Below, piece by piece: positions 59,699 through 64,000 of a stretch of 64,000 bases of DNA. The stretch is from Planctomycetota bacterium (GTDB lineage Bacteria; Planctomycetota; UBA8108; SXIK01), in NCBI GenBank assembly GCA_965223265.1, contig OZ244999.1:8896001-8960000 (forward strand). The letters are read 5' to 3'. The position numbers and the translations under genes were made by a program. The first letter of the stretch is position 1. Every line of letters starts with the position of its first letter. The notes under the pieces are model-generated. The model ran no database searches and was not told where the DNA came from. It saw only the letters and a program-made list of their open reading frames with translations.

Positions 59699-60553
59699 AT
59701 GGCGCACGACCCACAACCGCAGATCGCCCGATCGCTGACCCTGATTCAGCCAGCGAACCGGTGGAAGTTGTTCGACTTGCGTCAGATTTGGCGCCATCGC
59801 GATCTTCTCTGGATACTCGCCGTGCGTGATATCAAAGTGCGCTACAAGCAAACCGTCGTCGGGGCGATTTGGGCGCTGCTGCAGCCACTTCTCATGATGG
59901 TAATCTTCGCCAGTCTGTTTCACCTGCTGGGCCGGGTGCCAGCGTCAGGGGATGTTCCCTACGCACTAACTCTCTTCTGCGCGCTCCTCCCCTGGCAGCT
60001 CTTCTCGTCGGCAGTGACGCAAGTGAGCGATAGTCTCGTCACAAATCAGAACCTGGTCACCAAGGTCTACTTTCCGCGACTCATTCTCGTTCTCGCGCCC
60101 GCGCTTGCCTGCCTGGTCGATTTCGCAATCGCTTTCGCGCTGCTGATCGCCCTCCTTCTGATCTGGGGCATCACGCCGAGCGCGATGGTTCTAACGTTGC
60201 CGCTCTTTGTTCTCTTTGCGCTTTGCACTGCGCTGTCGATTGGTATCTGGCTGGCCGCACTGAACGCGCTCTACCGAGACTTTCGCTACGTGCTGCCGTT
60301 TCTGATTCAGATCGGGTTCTTTCTCAGCCCCGTAGTCTTTGAGACGGCGAGTCTCATCCCTCCCGAGTGGCACCCTGTCTACAGTCTCAATCCGCTCGTG
60401 GGTGTGATTGAAGGTTTCCGTTGGGCGCTTCTCGGTCACAGCGAGCCGCCACTCGTGCCTCTGATGATCTCCTTCGCTGTGGTCTGTTCGCTCCTCTACG
60501 GCGGTCTTCTGTACTTTCGACGCATGGAGCGTACCTTCGCAGACTGGATCTGA
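59699..60553 (+). CDS. wzm: ABC-2 polysaccharide export permease (Wzm)
   Basis: RDIKVRYKQTVVGAIWALLQPL, LVTKVYFPR, YRDFRY, LNPL..IEGFR, ERTFAD. Confidence 0.92.
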   Translation: MAHDPQPQIARSLTLIQPANRWKLFDLRQIWRHRDLLWILAVRDIKVRYKQTVVGAIWALLQPLLMMVIFASLFHLLGRVPASGDVPYALTLFCALLPWQLFSSAVTQVSDSLVTNQNLVTKVYFPRLILVLAPALACLVDFAIAFALLIALLLIWGITPSAMVLTLPLFVLFALCTALSIGIWLAALNALYRDFRYVLPFLIQIGFFLSPVVFETASLIPPEWHPVYSLNPLVGVIEGFRWALLGHSEPPLVPLMISFAVVCSLLYGGLLYFRRMERTFADWI

Positions 60554-61863
60554 TGGCAAACGAACTCGCCATACAAGCTGAAGGGCTCGGGAAACGCTAC
60601 GCACTCGGAGCGAGAGCCTCCTACCACCGGTTTTCTGAGCTGCTCAGTCACGCGGCGCGGCGACCTTTCCGCTGTTTGGGTCGACGTGGCGCCGCCGACC
60701 ACTCGGTGGCTGACGCGCCGCGCGAGACCTGGGCCCTCAAGGATGCGAGCTTCGACGTGGGGCATGGAGAGGTCGTCGGAATCGTCGGGCGCAACGGCGC
60801 TGGCAAGAGCACTCTCCTCAAGATCCTATCGCGCATCACTGCTCCAACGTGTGGGGAGGCGAGGATCTACGGTCGCGTCGGATCGCTTCTCGAGGTGGGG
60901 ACAGGATTCCATCCGGAGCTCACGGGTCGCGAGAACATCTTTCTGAATGGAGCCGTACTTGGAATGACGCGGTCGGAGATTCGGCGAAAGTTCGATGAGA
61001 TCGTCGCTTTCTCCGAAGTCGAGAGATTCCTCGACACTCCGATCAAGCGCTACTCGTCAGGCATGTACATGCGGCTTGCGTTTGCTGTCGCCGCACATCT
61101 TGAACCAGAGATTTTGATCGTCGACGAGGTCCTTGCAGTTGGTGACGCTGCGTTTCAGAAGAAATGCCTTGGCAAGATGGGAGACTTTGCAGAATCCGGG
61201 AGAACGGTGCTTTTTGTCAGCCACAACATGACAGCGGTCCAGGATCTGTGCCCGCGCACGATCCTCCTTGATGAAGGCAGAGTCGAGCGCCAAGGTCCCA
61301 CGGCGGAGGTGGTTGAACACTACCTCAAAAAGGTTCAGGGCGCCGTTCGGCGACAGGTTTGGGACGACGTGGCGACGGCGCCGGGCAACGACACTGTGCG
61401 ACTTCGCAGCGTGGAGTTGCGCACGGCAGCTGGGTCGCGTGACGTCGTCACGACGACGACCCCGATCGAACTTGTCTTCGAGTACTGGAACTTACAGCCC
61501 GGAGCCCGACTCAACCTGTCACTGACAGTTTTCGCGAAAGGTGGTGTTCTGGCGTTCAAGACCGGTCCGACCTTCGAGGCGGTATGGCATGGCAAGCCAT
61601 TCCCTGGCGGGCTGTTTCGCAGTGTTTGCCATATTCCCGGCAACCTCCTCAACGATGGGCGTCACTCTGTGACGCTCGTTGTGGCGCTCAATCAGCATGA
61701 GCTCATGCTGCGCCTGGAGAATGTGCTCGTCTTCGACGTCGTCGACGACGGCTCGACTCGCGGTGAGTGGCACGGTGATATTGCGGGGGCCGTGCGACCG
61801 ATTCTTGACTGGGAGACGGACCACGTCGAAGAGGGGGTGATGGTCCACGGAGGGCGGGAGTGA
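60553..61863 (+). CDS. wzt: ABC polysaccharide export ATPase with C-terminal Wzt_C domain
   Basis: TGATG overlap; GRNGAGKST, YSSGM, ILIVDEVLAVGD, FVSH; C-terminal beta domain. Confidence 0.92.
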   Translation: MANELAIQAEGLGKRYALGARASYHRFSELLSHAARRPFRCLGRRGAADHSVADAPRETWALKDASFDVGHGEVVGIVGRNGAGKSTLLKILSRITAPTCGEARIYGRVGSLLEVGTGFHPELTGRENIFLNGAVLGMTRSEIRRKFDEIVAFSEVERFLDTPIKRYSSGMYMRLAFAVAAHLEPEILIVDEVLAVGDAAFQKKCLGKMGDFAESGRTVLFVSHNMTAVQDLCPRTILLDEGRVERQGPTAEVVEHYLKKVQGAVRRQVWDDVATAPGNDTVRLRSVELRTAAGSRDVVTTTTPIELVFEYWNLQPGARLNLSLTVFAKGGVLAFKTGPTFEAVWHGKPFPGGLFRSVCHIPGNLLNDGRHSVTLVVALNQHELMLRLENVLVFDVVDDGSTRGEWHGDIAGAVRPILDWETDHVEEGVMVHGGRE

Positions 61864-63095
61864 GTGCCGAAAAGAAACACGTGGACGATTTCGCGATCCT
61901 CGGGGGCAAGCCCGCGTTCGAAGTGCCGCTTCACGTTGGGCGGCCGAACATTGGCGACCGTGCGCGACTTCTGGAGCGGATCAACGCGATTCTCGACGGC
62001 AATCGGTTGACCAACCGTGGACCTTTCGTGCGCCAGCTCGAACAGACGATCGCGGACTTCGTTGGTGCGAAGCACTGCGTTGCTATGTGCAACGGTACCG
62101 TTGCACTCGAGATTGCGATCCGGGCGTTGGGGCTGGGGGGCGAAGTGATCGTGCCTTCGTTTACGTTTGTTGCAACCGCGCACGCGCTCCAGTGGCAAGA
62201 AATCACCCCGGTCTTCTGTGACATCGATCCGGACACTCACACGCTGGATCCGAGTCAAGTCGAACGCCTGATCACGCCGCGGACGACCGGCATCATCGGG
62301 GTCCACACGTGGGGGAGACCATGTGAGGTCGAGCTACTCTCGCGTCTTGCCGAATGTCACGGCCTGAAGTTTCTGTGCGATGCGGCACACGCGTTCGGCT
62401 GTTCGCTGCGTGGTCGAATGATTGGGGGTCGCGGCACCACCGAGGTGTTCAGTTTCCACGCGACGAAGTTCGTCAACGCGTTCGAAGGCGGCGCCGTCGT
62501 CACCGACGACAGTGCTCTCGCCGACAAGATGCGGCTTATGTGCAATTTTGGCTTCGTCGGCACGGATCGTGTTTCGTACCTCGGCACGAACGGAAAGATG
62601 TCGGAGGTCAGCGCCGCCATGGGGTTGACTTCGATCGAGAGTATGGAGAAGTTCGTAGCCGCAAACCAGGCGAACTATCATGTCTACCACGAGCGGCTCA
62701 GAGCAGTTCCCGGGTTGTCCCTTCTGCGATACGACGAATCGGAGCGTTGCAACTTCCAGTACATCGTTTGCGAGGTCCATCCTGACGAGTGTCAACTCAG
62801 CCGAGATCAGCTGGTGACGCTGTTGACCGCGGAAAACATCCTGGCTCGGCGGTATTTTTGGCCAGGGTGTCACAATATGGAGCCCTATCGCTCCTATTTT
62901 CCAAACGCCGGACTTCTCTTGCCGCATACGGAAGAGCTGGCAGGAAGGGTGCTGCAGTTGCCGACCGGCGCGTCCATCTCAGCGCTTGAAGTACAACGCG
63001 TTTGCGACATCATCGAGCGAGCGATGGAGTTGGGGGGTGAGCTTCAGGGGCGCATCCCTGCGCAACCTCAGAAAGCTCAGCCAGCCCTCGTATGA
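61860..63095 (+). CDS. DegT family sugar aminotransferase (VioA/DesI-like)
   Basis: CNGTVAL, PSFTFVAT, DAAHAFG, FSFHATK..EGGA, GTNGKMSE, RRYF.PG.H, LPTG. Confidence 0.9.
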   Translation: MSAEKKHVDDFAILGGKPAFEVPLHVGRPNIGDRARLLERINAILDGNRLTNRGPFVRQLEQTIADFVGAKHCVAMCNGTVALEIAIRALGLGGEVIVPSFTFVATAHALQWQEITPVFCDIDPDTHTLDPSQVERLITPRTTGIIGVHTWGRPCEVELLSRLAECHGLKFLCDAAHAFGCSLRGRMIGGRGTTEVFSFHATKFVNAFEGGAVVTDDSALADKMRLMCNFGFVGTDRVSYLGTNGKMSEVSAAMGLTSIESMEKFVAANQANYHVYHERLRAVPGLSLLRYDESERCNFQYIVCEVHPDECQLSRDQLVTLLTAENILARRYFWPGCHNMEPYRSYFPNAGLLLPHTEELAGRVLQLPTGASISALEVQRVCDIIERAMELGGELQGRIPAQPQKAQPALV

Positions 63096-64000
63096 GCTCT
63101 ATCAAAACGAGCGTTCTGATGGTGGCCTACAACCAGGAGCGCTACATCGCTCAGGCGATCGAGAGCGCACTGACGCAGCAGGTGGATTTCCCGATCGAGA
63201 TCGTTGTTGCTGATGATTGCTCGACAGATGGCACCGGCGCGATCGCGCGCGACTACGCACGGAAACATCCGCATCGCGTCGTCCTTCTCCAACGAGCTGC
63301 AAACATGGGAGGGCGGGCGAACTTCGCTGACGCCTACAAGGCGTGTCGTGGTCAGTACGTCGCGCTTCTCGATGGCGACGACTATTGGACGGACCCGACG
63401 AAACTCAACCGTCAGGTCTCGATGCTCGACAGTCACCCGGAGTGGACGCTCTGCTTTCACCGTGTGTGCTACGTGTATGAAGACGATCCTGGGGCGGTCG
63501 ATGAGTTTCCTGTAGGACTCACCGAATCCGAATATGGAATCGAAGATCTCCTGCAGAGCAATTTCATTCAGACTTGTTCGCTCGTCGTGCGCCGCGGGTT
63601 GATCTCATCGTTCCCCAATTGGTTCTTTCTTCCAGGGCCGGGGGACTGGCCCTTCGCCTTGCTCCACGCACGATATGGTCGCATCGGTTACCTGCCCGAG
63701 GTGATGGCCGCGTACCGAGTGCATGGCGGCGGTCGTTGGACACGGAAAGACCGCGCCGAAGCTTTTGCGGAGTCGGCTGGGATACTCGCGGCGTTCGCCT
63801 CCGACCTGCCGCGGCGCCAGCGACGCTACGCTCGTATCGGCATTGCGAATCTGCTGCTGGAGCGAGCCGTCGTCCTCGCCGAGACTGGGCGGTTGAAGCT
63901 CGCTCGCAGCACTGCGGCCGAGTCGATGCGTGTCCACCCCCTCACTTGTGGAGCCTTCTCGCGCCGGCGCCTGGCGCTCCTCTGCCGTGCCCTGACGCCG
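63092..64000 (+). CDS. GT2 family glycosyltransferase (runs off window end; absent from ORF track)
   Basis: Hand translation from ATG 63092 (ATGA overlap): MSSIKTSVLMVAYNQERYIAQAIESALTQQVDFPIEIVVADDCSTDGT...YVALLDGDDYW. Confidence 0.9.
   Translation, partial: MSSIKTSVLMVAYNQERYIAQAIESALTQQVDFPIEIVVADDCSTDGTGAIARDYARKHPHRVVLLQRAANMGGRANFADAYKACRGQYVALLDGDDYWTDPTKLNRQVSMLDSHPEWTLCFHRVCYVYEDDPGAVDEFPVGLTESEYGIEDLLQSNFIQTCSLVVRRGLISSFPNWFFLPGPGDWPFALLHARYGRIGYLPEVMAAYRVHGGGRWTRKDRAEAFAESAGILAAFASDLPRRQRRYARIGIANLLLERAVVLAETGRLKLARSTAAESMRVHPLTCGAFSRRRLALLCRALTP

Noticed and set aside
63077-63937. Short ORFs at the window end
   Set aside because: Explained by the GT2 gene from 63092, which lacks a stop inside the window and so is missing from the track.

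Overview
GC-rich bacterial window, most likely from a Planctomycetota genome (DUF1501 plus DUF1549/DUF1553 pair, planctomycete-type ECF sigma factors, Ser/Thr kinase-FGE fusion, RGDAN-type dockerins). In order it holds: a DUF362/DUF1501/DUF1553 cluster; a CBM9-like/PQQ-propeller fusion; a NosP-like FIST sensor coupled to a hybrid histidine kinase; a polyol operon (MFS, two MtlD-like dehydrogenases, FGGY kinase); a lamin-tail/CotH kinase/dockerin protein; an ExoV-like gene; a ~1480-aa protein with two CxxCH motifs, QW-type and HEAT repeats; sppA; a non-cellulosomal dockerin/cohesin-like cluster with a ten-repeat, 60-cysteine acidic protein and a membrane-tethered ECF sigma factor; an FG-GAP lipoprotein, second ECF sigma factor and Ser/Thr kinase block; an SDR followed by an IS1182-like transposase remnant; an orphan TolC-family gene; and the start of a surface-glycan locus (HTTM, two DegT aminotransferases, methyltransferase, sulfotransferase, WbqC, Wzm/Wzt, GT2). 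Several intergenic short tandem repeat tracts with related units recur. No rRNA, tRNA or CRISPR array was recognised. All calls come from reading motifs by eye; no database search was run. Several start codons were moved from the ORF track using SD motifs and gene overlaps.
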